Origin: Dehalococcoidia bacterium
Lineage (GTDB): Bacteria; Chloroflexota; Dehalococcoidia; GIF9; AB-539-J10
Reading direction: 5' to 3'
Length of the DNA stretch: 52,781 nucleotides
Assembly: GCA_030611085.1 (NCBI GenBank)
Contig: JAUWQI010000006.1
Coordinates: 1-52,781, forward strand
Shown here: positions 35,905 to 46,340 of the stretch, piece after piece
Layout of the letters: each line of letters begins with the position of its first letter
Position numbering within the stretch: position 1 is the stretch's first letter
Notes under the pieces: model-generated
Databases searched by the model: none
The model's input: the letters and a program-made list of their open reading frames with translations, nothing else
Told to the model about the DNA's origin: nothing
Program-made: the position numbers and the translations under genes

Positions 35905-37332
35905 TTATTTAGGTCTGTTATCCACCACCTTGACTGTCTTATAGCCACCTGCTTGGGTAGGAATAGTGCCAGCAGCAACCAGCTCCAGCTCTATTGGAAC
36001 ATCGAGTCTAGTTTCCAGAATAGTTTTTACCTCTTTCTCATACTCCAGGTCTGGCAACTTGCGCAATGTTTCCATCCTTAATTTTAGCTTGTCCATATCC
36101 CAACTATCTAAGATTAGCTGATACACCAAAGTGGCATCGGGAATGTCGCCAACGACCACCTCAACATCCCAGGGTAGCAGTTCCTTTCCCTTCACCTTAA
36201 ATATGTCCTTCAATCTGCCTGGACACAACTTCGACCACCTTTTGTTTGTTCTGCCACACTCGCAAATTTCGGTGCTATAAGAATTCTCAAATACATCTTC
36301 CATACCAAAACGGATAAGTGGTGCTGCATGGTTAAAGAATGTAGTAAACACAAGCTCTCCCCTCTCACCCATAGAACACCTTTTACTAGAGCCTGGTTTA
36401 ACCACTTCGATAGCATAAAGGTCTTCACTCTCATGCAAGTCTTCTCTTCCATGCTCACTCGCTGGCTGACACCCATAGAGCACCACGCCATCGTTAGAAC
36501 TCATTATGTTTACAAAGTATTTGGGCTTCTTAAAAAGTGCCAGCAATTCCCGGGCCCCCTTAGGTGTAAGGGGCATGCCACCCGGGAGTGCCACATCGTA
36601 GGGCGCTTCCTCTCCCATCTTTTCAAATTGCCGCCCCAATGTCATCAGAAATTCAGGTGTCATCATAGTGCATAGAGGAGTATAAAACTTCCCAAGCTCG
36701 ATTTGAGTGCGAGCGCTCGCTTCTGGGTCAGGCAAGTAGCCAAATATCTCCTCTGCATAATAAAAAAGGCCAATATTCTCTGCCACCCTCTCCATCCAGT
36801 CTGGAACTATCTGTCCTTTAGCTTTGGGGAAAAAATCTATAAAAGCGCCTCCTGGTCTACAACCCCCAGACCAAAACTCCCTGCACAGAGTTTCCCCGAT
36901 AACTTTAAAGTCATCTGCTGTCCATAAGTAGCTAGTGGGGTTGCCGCTGGTTCCAGTGGATCTGTAGAGTCTGGGAACATCCGGCATTAATTCTTTCACT
37001 GCTCTGGAGCCGAAGGGCGGGAATTCCGCCTCATCTTTGCGTTGCTGGTCTTTTCTCCATACCGGCAATTTCTCCAGGTCATCATATCCCTTTATTTCAT
37101 AAGGGTTTACCCCAGCTCCATCCCAAAGCTTCTTATAGAACTTAGATTTCTCATAAGCCCATCTCACAATATGACGCAGGTGCTTATCCCTAAGTTGTTC
37201 TAACTTCTCCCTGGGAGCACCTTCAATCGGATTATAGAATTTTTCATTAGCCTTCGGCGGCAAATTTGCCCTTAGAGAGCCTTCTTCCTCAAGTTCCTTA
37301 ATATTTTGCCTTGCTTCATCAATAGTAGCCAT
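35905..37332 (-). CDS. Phenylacetate-CoA ligase-like ANL enzyme (paralog 2)
   Basis: STGTSGNP, GERGELVFT, PLIRF..ED, C.CGRT, GR..D...VKG; start at MATIDE after AGGAGG. Confidence 0.85.
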   Translation of the reverse strand: MATIDEARQNIKELEEEGSLRANLPPKANEKFYNPIEGAPREKLEQLRDKHLRHIVRWAYEKSKFYKKLWDGAGVNPYEIKGYDDLEKLPVWRKDQQRKDEAEFPPFGSRAVKELMPDVPRLYRSTGTSGNPTSYLWTADDFKVIGETLCREFWSGGCRPGGAFIDFFPKAKGQIVPDWMERVAENIGLFYYAEEIFGYLPDPEASARTQIELGKFYTPLCTMMTPEFLMTLGRQFEKMGEEAPYDVALPGGMPLTPKGARELLALFKKPKYFVNIMSSNDGVVLYGCQPASEHGREDLHESEDLYAIEVVKPGSSKRCSMGERGELVFTTFFNHAAPLIRFGMEDVFENSYSTEICECGRTNKRWSKLCPGRLKDIFKVKGKELLPWDVEVVVGDIPDATLVYQLILDSWDMDKLKLRMETLRKLPDLEYEKEVKTILETRLDVPIELELVAAGTIPTQAGGYKTVKVVDNRPK

Positions 37333-37366
37333 TTCCTTCCTCCTTCCATTGCCATATTGCAAAAAG

Positions 37367-38800
37367 TTAAGCCCTTTTAGGGCGTTTATCCACTACTTTC
37401 ACCGACTTATATCCCCCGGGAGGTGGAGGGAGAGCTCCTTCTGGAACCCAAGTTGCTTCCACGGGAACGCCAAGTTCACTCTCCAGAATAGCCTTCGCTT
37501 CCCTTTCATATTCAGGGTTGGGTAACTCTCTAGAGGTTTCTATCTTCACTTTTAGTTTATCCATATCCCAACCATCCAAAAATATCTGATACATCAATGT
37601 TGTATCAGGTATCTCCCCTATAACTAACTCGACATCCCAGGGCATCAGTTCTTTGCTTCTTACCTTAAAAACATCCTTCAACCTTCCAGGACAAGGTCTG
37701 AGCCATCTCAGGCTTGTCCTGCCACATTCACAGGGCTCAGTGGTAGATAGATTTTCAAATACATCTTCTGTGGAGAATCGAACAAGAGGTAAAACATGGT
37801 TGTAGAAAACAGTGACGACAAGCTCGCCTCTCTCTCCTTCAGCAGCCTTCTCCCCTGTCCCTGGTTTAACCACCTCATATACATATAAGTCCTCGCTTTC
37901 GTGCAAATAATTTAGTCCCTTCTGAGCTGAGAAAGGACACTCAAAATCCACACCACCCTCAATTGAACCGATTAAATTCGGGAATCCCTTCGGCTTTTTA
38001 TACAAGGAGCGCAATTCTTGACGCAATCTTGACGAAAGGGGCATCCCTCCAGGTAGGATTACATCAAAGGGTGGCTCCTTACCCATCTTCTCAAACTGCC
38101 GTCCCAATGCCATCAGAAACTCTGGAGTGGAAAAGGCGCACAAAGGTTCGTAAACTTCTCCCAACTTTATTTGAAAAGTGGCGCTAACCTCAGGGTCAAG
38201 CAGGTAGCCAGCCACCTCTTCATCATAGTAAACAACCCCTATCTTTCTTGCGCTTGATTCAATTATTTCCGGGGCCATTTGACCCCTGGCTGAGGTAGCA
38301 AATCCTATGTAGGCTCCCCCTGCTCTAAAGCCAGCAGCATACATCCACCTGGCACGAGACTCTGCCATTACCTCTAAATCTTCGGGAATCCAAAGAAGCA
38401 TAGTAGGAAATCCAGAGGTTCCTGTTGACCTATATATTCGAGGGACATAAGGGATTAGTTCCTTCACTGCCCTGGAACCAAAGGGGGAATTTTCCGCTTC
38501 ATCCTTCCGCTGCTGCTCTTTGTTCCAAACTGGCAACTTGCCCAAGTCACCGTACCCCTTGATATCACCGGGCTTCACCCCTGCCTCATCCCATAGCTTG
38601 CGGTAGAATGGAGAATACTTGTAAGCCCAACTTATTATATGGCGAAGATGCTTATCTCTGAGCTCCTCTATCCTCTCTCGTGGTGCACATTCGATAGAAT
38701 TGTAGTATTCCGCTTCAACTCTGGGAGGAACATTAGTTCTCACTGAACCTTCCACCTCAAGCTGTGCCAAATATTCCCTTACCTCATCAATAGCAGCCAT
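37367..38800 (-). CDS. Phenylacetate-CoA ligase-like ANL enzyme (paralog 1)
   Basis: STGTSGFP, GERGELVVT, PLVRF..ED, CECGRT. Confidence 0.85.
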   Translation of the reverse strand: MAAIDEVREYLAQLEVEGSVRTNVPPRVEAEYYNSIECAPRERIEELRDKHLRHIISWAYKYSPFYRKLWDEAGVKPGDIKGYGDLGKLPVWNKEQQRKDEAENSPFGSRAVKELIPYVPRIYRSTGTSGFPTMLLWIPEDLEVMAESRARWMYAAGFRAGGAYIGFATSARGQMAPEIIESSARKIGVVYYDEEVAGYLLDPEVSATFQIKLGEVYEPLCAFSTPEFLMALGRQFEKMGKEPPFDVILPGGMPLSSRLRQELRSLYKKPKGFPNLIGSIEGGVDFECPFSAQKGLNYLHESEDLYVYEVVKPGTGEKAAEGERGELVVTVFYNHVLPLVRFSTEDVFENLSTTEPCECGRTSLRWLRPCPGRLKDVFKVRSKELMPWDVELVIGEIPDTTLMYQIFLDGWDMDKLKVKIETSRELPNPEYEREAKAILESELGVPVEATWVPEGALPPPPGGYKSVKVVDKRPKRA

Positions 38801-38926
38801 TGTCCCTCCGAATTAAAGTGGCAATACAAATTCTATCACTTCTTCGCTCGTATTGGCAACCCATGTTACAATATAAGCGCTCAGCAAATTACTAACAACC
38901 GTTAGCTAGCTGCTGAAAGTAAAGGT

Positions 38927-41900
38927 ATGGAGCTTTCCGGTTTACTTTCCTTGCTTAGAAAAGTCCCCTTTTACAAACAACTGGTGCGGCAAATATCCAC
39001 AGCCAAAGGTGAACACAGTATATCAGTGCTCGATGCCGCCAGGCCTTACTTTATAGCTGCTCTCCATAAAGAGCTTAGTTTACCTTTGATTGTGGTAACC
39101 ACCCAACCTGAGAATGCCAGGACGCTCTATGAGCAACTTCAAGCATGGTGTTCTCCTTCATCCAATTTGCACCGTTTCCCGGAAGTCGGTTCCCCCCCTT
39201 CCACCAACACCATGTCGGAAAGATTACAGGTGCTAGCTTCTTTAGCCCTTTATAAGCCCTCCGCCCCTTGTCATTCTGAGGGAAGCGAAGAATCTAGAGG
39301 CCCTATGGTGGGGATGAACCCTGCTACTACGTTTGGGGTGACAGCTAAACGACCTCCTTTGATAGTAACCTCAGCCTTAGCAGCTATAATTAAAACCGCT
39401 CCTCAAGGAGATTTTGCCTCTGCTTGCCATACTTTAAATCAAGGCATGCATATTGACCCCATAGAACTACTACATAAATGGCAAAGTATCGGCTATGAAA
39501 TGGAGGATGCTGTTGAGGTGCCTGGGCAAGTAAGCAAACGAGGTGGCATTATTGATGTTTTTCCTCCTTGTAGCTCATCACCAGCTCGAATAGAGTTTTT
39601 TGGCAACCAGATTGAGAGCATAAGGCTTTTCGACCCAGAGAGCCAACGCTCCACCACGCCAATACATTCAATAACCATCACTCCAGCTAAAGAGCTTCTC
39701 AACAATGGAAGTATCCTTGACTACCTGGGTGATAATGCTCTTCTTATTCTTGATGACCCAGAGGAAATCAAAGTTGCCATCCAGAGGCTTTATGCCCAAA
39801 GCCAGGAGCTGGAGCAAGGCGAATCACCTCAGTGCTCTCCTCCTCCTTATCTTGCCTGGGAGAAATTAGAGCCCAAAATAAGGGTAAGGCATCGTCTGAT
39901 GTTGAAATCCACCTCGGAGACCCTTCGCTTCGCCCAGGGTGACAAAGGAGACACTCAGAGTGACATAATTGAGAGCAATGGAAGGTTGCTTCGCACCGCT
40001 CGCAATGACATTGCTTTGCCTTTCTCCCCTTGTCAAAGTTATGGAGGCAAATTGGAACGATTCCTCAAGGCAGCCAGGCAAATGCTCCAACAAAGACAAT
40101 CCGTGCTCGTAGTTAGCCATCAAGCAAATCGCCTGGCTGAGCTTCTTCAGGAAGAAGGTATTTATCCCGCATTACAAATGGAACAAGCTCCCCCTCCTGG
40201 TTCAGTCACTGTGCTTCGAGGTTCACTGGCTGAAGGTTGGGAGTTACCAAATATTTTAAATTTAATCACCGATGCTGAGCTCTTTGGCTTTGTGAAGCAA
40301 GCACGCCCAGGTAGAAAAACGCCAGTGCGAACTAGCTTGCTCCTTCCTCAGTCAATGCCAGGAGATTATGTAGTCCATGTTGACCACGGCATTGCCAGAT
40401 TTAATGGTTTAACACGAATGTCCACCGATGGAATTGAGCAGGAATACCTTGTTTTAGAGTACGCTGGCAGCGACAGGCTTTATGTACCCACAGAGCAAAT
40501 AGAGCGCGTCAGTCGCTATATTGGAAGTGGTGACCAGGCACCAATTTTGAGTCGACTGGGAACGCAGGAATGGCAAAGAACAAAGGAACGGGTTAGACAA
40601 TCAGTGGTTGATATGGCTCAGGACTTGCTTGAGCTCTACGCTGCCAGGGAGGTAGCTCCAGGCTTTGCCTTCTCTCCTGACACATTATGGCAGCAGGAAT
40701 TGGAAGCATCATTCCCTTATATGGAAACGCCAGACCAGCTTGAAGCAATTACGGCCGTCAAAGAGGATATGGGAAAAAATAAGCCCATGGACCGGCTCAT
40801 CTGTGGAGATGTGGGCTATGGCAAAACTGAGGTGGCTTTGCGCGCTGCCTTCAAAGCAGTGATGGACAACAAGCAAGTAGCTATACTGGCACCCACCACT
40901 GTGCTGGCTCAGCAACATTTCACTACCTTCACCGAGAGATTGCAAGCTTTTCCTCTAAGAGTGGAAATACTGAGCCGCTTTTGTTCCTCAGAAAAAGAAG
41001 AGAAAATTCGTGAAAGCTTAGCTAATGGCACCACAGATATATGCATCGGCACTCATCGCTTATTGCAAAAAGACATCGTATTCAAAGACCTGGGACTGGT
41101 GGTAATTGATGAAGAGCAACAATTCGGCGTGGCGCAAAAGGAGAGGCTTAAACAAGTGAGAAAAGAGGTAGATACTATCGCCCTGAGCGCCACCCCCATC
41201 CCACGCACCCTCCATATGTCCTTAACCGGAATCAGGGATATGAGCATCATGGAAACACCACCCGAAGAACGCTTATCCATTAAGACCTCTGTTGGTGTTT
41301 ATGATGATACCCTGGTTAGGCAGGCGGTATTGCGTGAGTTGGAGAGAAATGGTCAGGTCTTTTTTGTTCATAATCGAGTTCAGAGCATCGTTTTAGCCGC
41401 CAGCAAGTTACAGGCTCTGGTGCCCGAAGCCAGAATCGCCATTGCTCATGGGCAAATGCCCGAGGAAGAACTAGAAAAAGTGATGGCAGATTTTATCGCT
41501 GGCACTTATGATGTCTTGGTCACCACCACTATTATCCAGTTGGGCTTGGATATGCCCAATGTCAACACGCTAATTATTGACCAGGCTGACAAATTTGGTT
41601 TAGCTCAGCTTTATCAGTTGAGAGGCAGAATAGGCCGTGGCATCAACCAGGCTTATGCTTATTTCCTATATGATAAAGGCAAGCAGCTAACTGCCCAAGC
41701 CCATAAAAGGCTTAAGACTATCTTCGAGGCTACAGAGTTGGGTGCTGGGTTTGGTATTGCTATGAAAGATTTGGAGATTCGTGGCGCGGGGAATCTTCTG
41801 GGTGTTAAGCAGAGTGGGCATATAGTTGCTATAGGTTTTGACCTTTATTGCCAGATGATGGCTGAGGCAGTAGAGGAGGTCAAAAAAGTCAGGAGTCAAA

Positions 41901-42469
41901 GGAGCCGGGAGTCAGGGGAGACTCTGGACTCTCGCCTATCGACTATCTGGACTAATGATGGGAGAGGAACAAGTGAGGGTGAAATTAGGAAGAGCGAAGC
42001 GAAGCAATCTCCCACCATATCCCTACCATTAACCGCCCATATATCGGAGGAGTATGTGCCAAATTTGAACACTCGCTTATCTCTTTACCGCAGATTGGCA
42101 GCCATAGAGCGCATTGAGGAAGTAACGGATGTAACGCAGGAGATCAAGGATAGATTTGGCGCCTTGCCAGAGCCGGTGAAAAATCTCCTTTATATAGTAA
42201 AAACCAGGATTTTAGCCAGCCAGGCTAACCTGAGCTCCATCTCCACTCATGGGAAGCAAATTGTAATAAAGCCGAAACTCCCTCACTTTGCCTCTCCCTT
42301 GAAGGGAGAGGAACAAGGTGAGGGTGAACTACAATCTCTAAGCAGGCATTATGATGGAGCAGTTAAAATAGGAGCTACACAAATAAAATTAGACACCAGT
42401 CGCCCAGGAATTGAATGGACGAAGGTGCTGGAAGAAATATTACTGAGTATAACCTGCCCTTCAACGTAA
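38927..42469 (+). CDS. mfd: Transcription-repair coupling factor
   Basis: UvrB-like N-terminus, VHVDHG RID, GDVGYGKT, DEEQ, SATPIPRT, QLRGRIGR, DLEIRGAGNLLG. Confidence 0.97.
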   Translation: MELSGLLSLLRKVPFYKQLVRQISTAKGEHSISVLDAARPYFIAALHKELSLPLIVVTTQPENARTLYEQLQAWCSPSSNLHRFPEVGSPPSTNTMSERLQVLASLALYKPSAPCHSEGSEESRGPMVGMNPATTFGVTAKRPPLIVTSALAAIIKTAPQGDFASACHTLNQGMHIDPIELLHKWQSIGYEMEDAVEVPGQVSKRGGIIDVFPPCSSSPARIEFFGNQIESIRLFDPESQRSTTPIHSITITPAKELLNNGSILDYLGDNALLILDDPEEIKVAIQRLYAQSQELEQGESPQCSPPPYLAWEKLEPKIRVRHRLMLKSTSETLRFAQGDKGDTQSDIIESNGRLLRTARNDIALPFSPCQSYGGKLERFLKAARQMLQQRQSVLVVSHQANRLAELLQEEGIYPALQMEQAPPPGSVTVLRGSLAEGWELPNILNLITDAELFGFVKQARPGRKTPVRTSLLLPQSMPGDYVVHVDHGIARFNGLTRMSTDGIEQEYLVLEYAGSDRLYVPTEQIERVSRYIGSGDQAPILSRLGTQEWQRTKERVRQSVVDMAQDLLELYAAREVAPGFAFSPDTLWQQELEASFPYMETPDQLEAITAVKEDMGKNKPMDRLICGDVGYGKTEVALRAAFKAVMDNKQVAILAPTTVLAQQHFTTFTERLQAFPLRVEILSRFCSSEKEEKIRESLANGTTDICIGTHRLLQKDIVFKDLGLVVIDEEQQFGVAQKERLKQVRKEVDTIALSATPIPRTLHMSLTGIRDMSIMETPPEERLSIKTSVGVYDDTLVRQAVLRELERNGQVFFVHNRVQSIVLAASKLQALVPEARIAIAHGQMPEEELEKVMADFIAGTYDVLVTTTIIQLGLDMPNVNTLIIDQADKFGLAQLYQLRGRIGRGINQAYAYFLYDKGKQLTAQAHKRLKTIFEATELGAGFGIAMKDLEIRGAGNLLGVKQSGHIVAIGFDLYCQMMAEAVEEVKKVRSQRSRESGETLDSRLSTIWTNDGRGTSEGEIRKSEAKQSPTISLPLTAHISEEYVPNLNTRLSLYRRLAAIERIEEVTDVTQEIKDRFGALPEPVKNLLYIVKTRILASQANLSSISTHGKQIVIKPKLPHFASPLKGEEQGEGELQSLSRHYDGAVKIGATQIKLDTSRPGIEWTKVLEEILLSITCPST
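39269..39343 (+). repeat. Family A/D composite, 75 bp, in frame in mfd
   Basis: TGTCATTCTGAGGGAAGCGAAGAATCT...GGTGGGGATGAACCCTGCTACTAC...GGGTGACA; 25 codons. Confidence 0.88.
39917..40010 (-). repeat. Family A units in frame in mfd
   Basis: GAGACCCTTCGCTTCGCCCAGGGTGACA (26/28 to 14370-14397), then CTCAGAGTGACA and TTGCTTCGCACCGCTCGCAATGACA. Confidence 0.88.
41887..42011. repeat. Stacked AGTC/GACT periodic IR, half family C and partial family A, in frame in mfd
   Basis: AGTCAGGAGTC..GAGTCAGG / GACTCTGGACT..GACT; TGATGGGAGAGGAACAAGTGAGGGTG; GAGCGAAGCGAAGCAATCTC. Confidence 0.75.
42280..42324. repeat. Full family C hairpin in frame in mfd
   Basis: CCCTCACTTTG-CCTCTCCCTT-G-AAGGGAGAGG-AA-CAAGGTGAGGG. 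Confidence 0.85.
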
Positions 42470-42514
42470 GAAGCACCAACAGCTTATCGTCCTCCGCACA
42501 CTTCCATAATAAAG

Positions 42515-42539
42515 TACCCCTCCCTAGAAGGGAGGGGTA
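42515..42539 (-). terminator. Intrinsic terminator between convergent mfd and MFS genes
   Basis: TACCCCTCCCT-AGA-AGGGAGGGGTA, followed by CTTTATT on the minus strand. Confidence 0.7.
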
Positions 42540-42576
42540 TCAAAAAAAAGCTAAGAGCCCCTTTTCAACACTTTTG

Positions 42577-43797
42577 TTATTTTGAATGTTTGGATTTGAA
42601 AGCAAAAGCCAGTCCCACTGCTACAAAAACAAGTACAGCGGCGATGGTAAATGCTATAGCATAGCTTTCCGTAGTATCGTAGACATACGAGCCCATAATA
42701 GGTCCGATAGTACCGCCTACTCCATAAGCCGTGAAAACCAACCCGTAATTGACCCCGAGGTTCTTAATGCCGAAAATATCAGCTGTTACCGTTGGGAACA
42801 AGGCGAAGTTGGCTCCATAAATAAATCCTACTACTGCTACCGAGACGAATATTGCTGCCAAACTTGTTGCAAAGTGGGGAAATGCCAACATCATTACGCC
42901 CTGTATCGCAAAGAGAATAAGCATGGCCTTCGGTACGCCGATTTTATCAGCAAGAGCTCCGCCTCCAGGCCTCCCAACAGCATTGAATGCAGAAAGAACA
43001 CCAGCAGCAATAGCAGCATACATAGCCACTACACCGATCTCTTCAGTATAAGCTGCAACATGCCCTATAACCATCAGTCCAGCTGCCGACGTGAAAACGA
43101 ACATCAGCCAAAGCATCCAGAACCGCCCCGATTTGAGAACTTCTCCCGGGCTGCAATCCCTTACCGCAGGTGTGACGGAGGAGGTTGTTGCTTTAGGCGG
43201 GGTCCATCCTGCGGGCTTCCATCCCTCAGGTGGGTTCTTCAACATGGAAGCTGCCGAAATAGAAACAACGAGGAGCACCGCACCTACTATGAGAAAGGCC
43301 ATTTGCAGTCCCTGCGTATCTAACAAGTACCTCTGAAGAGGAGCAAACAACAGGGCGCTCAAGCCAAATCCACCAACGACGATTCCCACTGACAAACCCG
43401 GCTTGTCAGGAAACCATTTCCGCGTTGCTGGAATGGCACAGGCGTATCCCAAGCCACAGCCCGACCCCGCTATAATCCCGTAGCTAAAGTATAACCAGAA
43501 AGGACTCCCAAAATGTCCGATAAACGAGGCTAGAATAAACCCTAAACCAAGCAGAGAGCCTCCAATCATGGCTACTTTTCTTGGCCCCATTTTGTCTTGG
43601 GCCCTCCCTGCAGGGATCATCATCAAGGCGAAAAACACCAGGAATATCGTGAATGGCAAGGTAGCTGTCGTTTTTGTCCACTCAAACGATTCCATCAACG
43701 GACGAACAAAAACACTCCACGCATACACGATTCCCAACATCAGATTTAGCAGAAAGCCGGCAATAACAATGGTCCATCTATTAGTTGATGTTGCCAA
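42577..43797 (-). CDS. MFS transporter, oxalate/formate antiporter (OFA) family
   Basis: G.VYAWSVF, KWFPDKPG...G.VVGGFG, GVNYG; likely TTG start after AAGGAGG. Confidence 0.9.
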   Translation of the reverse strand: MATSTNRWTIVIAGFLLNLMLGIVYAWSVFVRPLMESFEWTKTTATLPFTIFLVFFALMMIPAGRAQDKMGPRKVAMIGGSLLGLGFILASFIGHFGSPFWLYFSYGIIAGSGCGLGYACAIPATRKWFPDKPGLSVGIVVGGFGLSALLFAPLQRYLLDTQGLQMAFLIVGAVLLVVSISAASMLKNPPEGWKPAGWTPPKATTSSVTPAVRDCSPGEVLKSGRFWMLWLMFVFTSAAGLMVIGHVAAYTEEIGVVAMYAAIAAGVLSAFNAVGRPGGGALADKIGVPKAMLILFAIQGVMMLAFPHFATSLAAIFVSVAVVGFIYGANFALFPTVTADIFGIKNLGVNYGLVFTAYGVGGTIGPIMGSYVYDTTESYAIAFTIAAVLVFVAVGLAFAFKSKHSK

Positions 43798-43983
43798 GAT
43801 TCGCCTCCTTTCAAATTCCAAGGCTGCTTAATTTTGTCCTAGCCTTAGATTTGTCTTTGTTATACCAGAAAATTTGCACTTTCAGCTTTTTGAGCGCATC
43901 CTTTTAGACTCATACGGTACGAAGAAAATCTCGCACTATATTTCTACCACCCCCCTGAATTCTCTTAGTGGTCCTACTATATA

Positions 43984-44014
43984 ATTAGAGGGGGTTAGAA
44001 GAACCCCCTCTAAT
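43984..44014 (-). terminator. 13-bp hairpin downstream of acs
   Basis: ATTAGAGGGGGTT-AGAAG-AACCCCCTCTAAT; weak U tail. Confidence 0.55.
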
Positions 44015-44102
44015 ATCTCATATCTCTTGCTTAAATCTACCTTCGATGCTTTATTTGCTTGTCTTGGATAAATCGCCTGCCTCTGCAAAATCGGCCAAAG
44101 CT

Positions 44103-46070
44103 TTATACTCTCCCCTTTATCAAATCATCAACAACACTAGCATCAGCTAAAGTAGAGGTGTCTCCAAGTTCGTTTATCTTACCCTCAGCGATTTTGACCA
44201 AAATCCTCCGCATAATCTTGCCGCTCCTGGTCTTGGGCAAGCCATCAGCAAATTGAATTTTGTCCGGACTAGCAATGGGTCCAATCTCTTTCCGTACATG
44301 AGCCACAAGCTCTTTCTTGAGCGCATCGCTCTTCTCTACTCCTACATTCGTGGTGACATAGGCATATATACCTTGACCCTTAATATCGTGTGGCATGCCC
44401 ACCACTGCAGCCTCAGCAATCTTCTCATGAGATACCAGGGCGCTCTCAACCTCCGCCGTTCCGATACGATGTCCCGAAACATTGATGACATCATCCATCC
44501 GCCCCATTAGCCAGTAGTAGCCATCTTCATCCACCCTGGCACCATCACCACAAGTATACAGCCCAGGGAGCTGAATAAAGTATGTTTCCTTGAACTTTTT
44601 CGGCTCTTGATATACTCCTCTCATTAGCCCTGGCCACGGTTTCCTAAAGCAAAGCCATCCACCTTCATTAACATCGCAAGGAGTGCCGTCAGCTCTCAGT
44701 ATTACTGGGTCTATTCCAGGGAGTGGGAAGGTAGCTGAACCCGGCTTGAGCGGAGTTGCACCAGGCATCGGAGAGATGATATGACCACCTGTCTCTGTCT
44801 GCCAAAAACAATCCGAAATGGGGCATCTCTCTTTGCCTATTACGTTGTAATACCACATCCAGGCTTCAGGATTGATGGGTTCACCCACTGAACCCAGTAC
44901 CCGTAAGCAGCTCATGTCGTGCTTATTGGGCCATTCCTCTCCTTCTCTCATCAACGACCGAAGGACAGTGGGAGCAGTATAGAACACACTTACCTTGTTT
45001 TTCTCCACGATTTCCCAGAATTTATCTGGATGTGGATAATTAGGTACCCCTTCAAATATCAGGCTCGTGGCACCAAGTCCCAGAGGACCATAGACACAAT
45101 AAGTTTGCCCCGTTACCCAACCAATGTCTGCGGTGCACCAGTATGTGTCCTCCTCTTTGAGGTCAAAGCTCCATTTCATGGTCTCCATGCCAAAGAGAAG
45201 ATATCCCGCCTGCGTATGCACCACCCCTTTTGGTTTACCAGTAGTGCCGCTGGTATACATAAACATGAGGTAATCTTCAGCATCCATCACCTCTGGCTCG
45301 CAGTAGGGTTTGATATCATCAGCCGCCATCAACTCATGCCACCACTGGTCGCGTCCCTCTTTGAATTCAATCTCATTCCCGCATCTCTTGACAACTACGG
45401 CCCTTTTTACATCAGGACACATTGCCATGGCTGCATCGGCATTAGTTTTGCTCGCGATGACTCTTCCACTGCGATAATAGCCATCACAGCAAACAAGGGT
45501 CTCGGCTCCGCTAGCTTGTATTCTATCTCGAAGGGCCTCAGCGCTGAAGCCACCAAAAACTACAACGTGGACGGCGCCAATTCTGGCACAAGCCAACAGA
45601 GCTATGGGCAACTCAGGAATCATAGGCAAATACATAGCAACTCGGTCGCCTTTCTTTACCCCAAGCTTTTTCAAAACATTGGCAAACTTGCATACCTCGT
45701 AATAAAGCTGCTGGTAGGTATAAGTCTTACTTTCTCCTGCCGGTTCTCCTTCCCAAATGATGGCTGCTTTATTCCTACGCCAGGTCTTTAGATGCCTATC
45801 GAGACAGTTGTAACTAACATTGAGCTTGCCACCCACAAACCATTCGTGTTTAGCATTAGCAAAATCCTCAACTAAAACCTTATCCCATTTTTTATACCAG
45901 TCAAGCTCCTCAGCAAGCTTCCCCCAGAATTTCTCTGGATTCTCAATGGACTCTTTATAGATTTTCTTGTACTCCTCCATGCTTTTAACATAAGCTTTTT
46001 CACTCAGTTCCTTTGGCGGAGGGAATACACGCTTCTCCTCCATCATGGAAATCATACCTTTTTCTGCCAT
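44103..46070 (-). CDS. acs: Acetyl-CoA synthetase (AMP-forming)
   Basis: YTSGTTGKPKG, GEPINPEAW, WQTETGG, GHRIGTAEVESA, PKTRSGKIMRR. Confidence 0.96.
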   Translation of the reverse strand: MAEKGMISMMEEKRVFPPPKELSEKAYVKSMEEYKKIYKESIENPEKFWGKLAEELDWYKKWDKVLVEDFANAKHEWFVGGKLNVSYNCLDRHLKTWRRNKAAIIWEGEPAGESKTYTYQQLYYEVCKFANVLKKLGVKKGDRVAMYLPMIPELPIALLACARIGAVHVVVFGGFSAEALRDRIQASGAETLVCCDGYYRSGRVIASKTNADAAMAMCPDVKRAVVVKRCGNEIEFKEGRDQWWHELMAADDIKPYCEPEVMDAEDYLMFMYTSGTTGKPKGVVHTQAGYLLFGMETMKWSFDLKEEDTYWCTADIGWVTGQTYCVYGPLGLGATSLIFEGVPNYPHPDKFWEIVEKNKVSVFYTAPTVLRSLMREGEEWPNKHDMSCLRVLGSVGEPINPEAWMWYYNVIGKERCPISDCFWQTETGGHIISPMPGATPLKPGSATFPLPGIDPVILRADGTPCDVNEGGWLCFRKPWPGLMRGVYQEPKKFKETYFIQLPGLYTCGDGARVDEDGYYWLMGRMDDVINVSGHRIGTAEVESALVSHEKIAEAAVVGMPHDIKGQGIYAYVTTNVGVEKSDALKKELVAHVRKEIGPIASPDKIQFADGLPKTRSGKIMRRILVKIAEGKINELGDTSTLADASVVDDLIKGRV

Positions 46071-46340
46071 AAATACCTCCTTTTTCTTCTATATTTGCAT
46101 TTTCTCGCTACAAACTGCCTCGAATTGTAGCACAACAAAAATCCAAACCGAAATAATAACATGCTGCCCAAGATAATGCAACTTCGCGTGCTGGCTGACC
46201 ACATCGCCACCAAAGAGGTCGCTTAGCAATCTATTTGTCATTACTAGTTAATAAACAAACTCCTGCCAAACTCTTCCTTGTCTAAACGCCTTTTCTTTAC
46301 TAGAATACACCAATATAACCAGTAATTTTATAGATAGATT

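Noticed and set aside
44919-45791. 290-aa plus-strand ORF, and likewise 42586-43323
   Set aside because: Antisense to acs and the MFS gene; no recognisable motifs.
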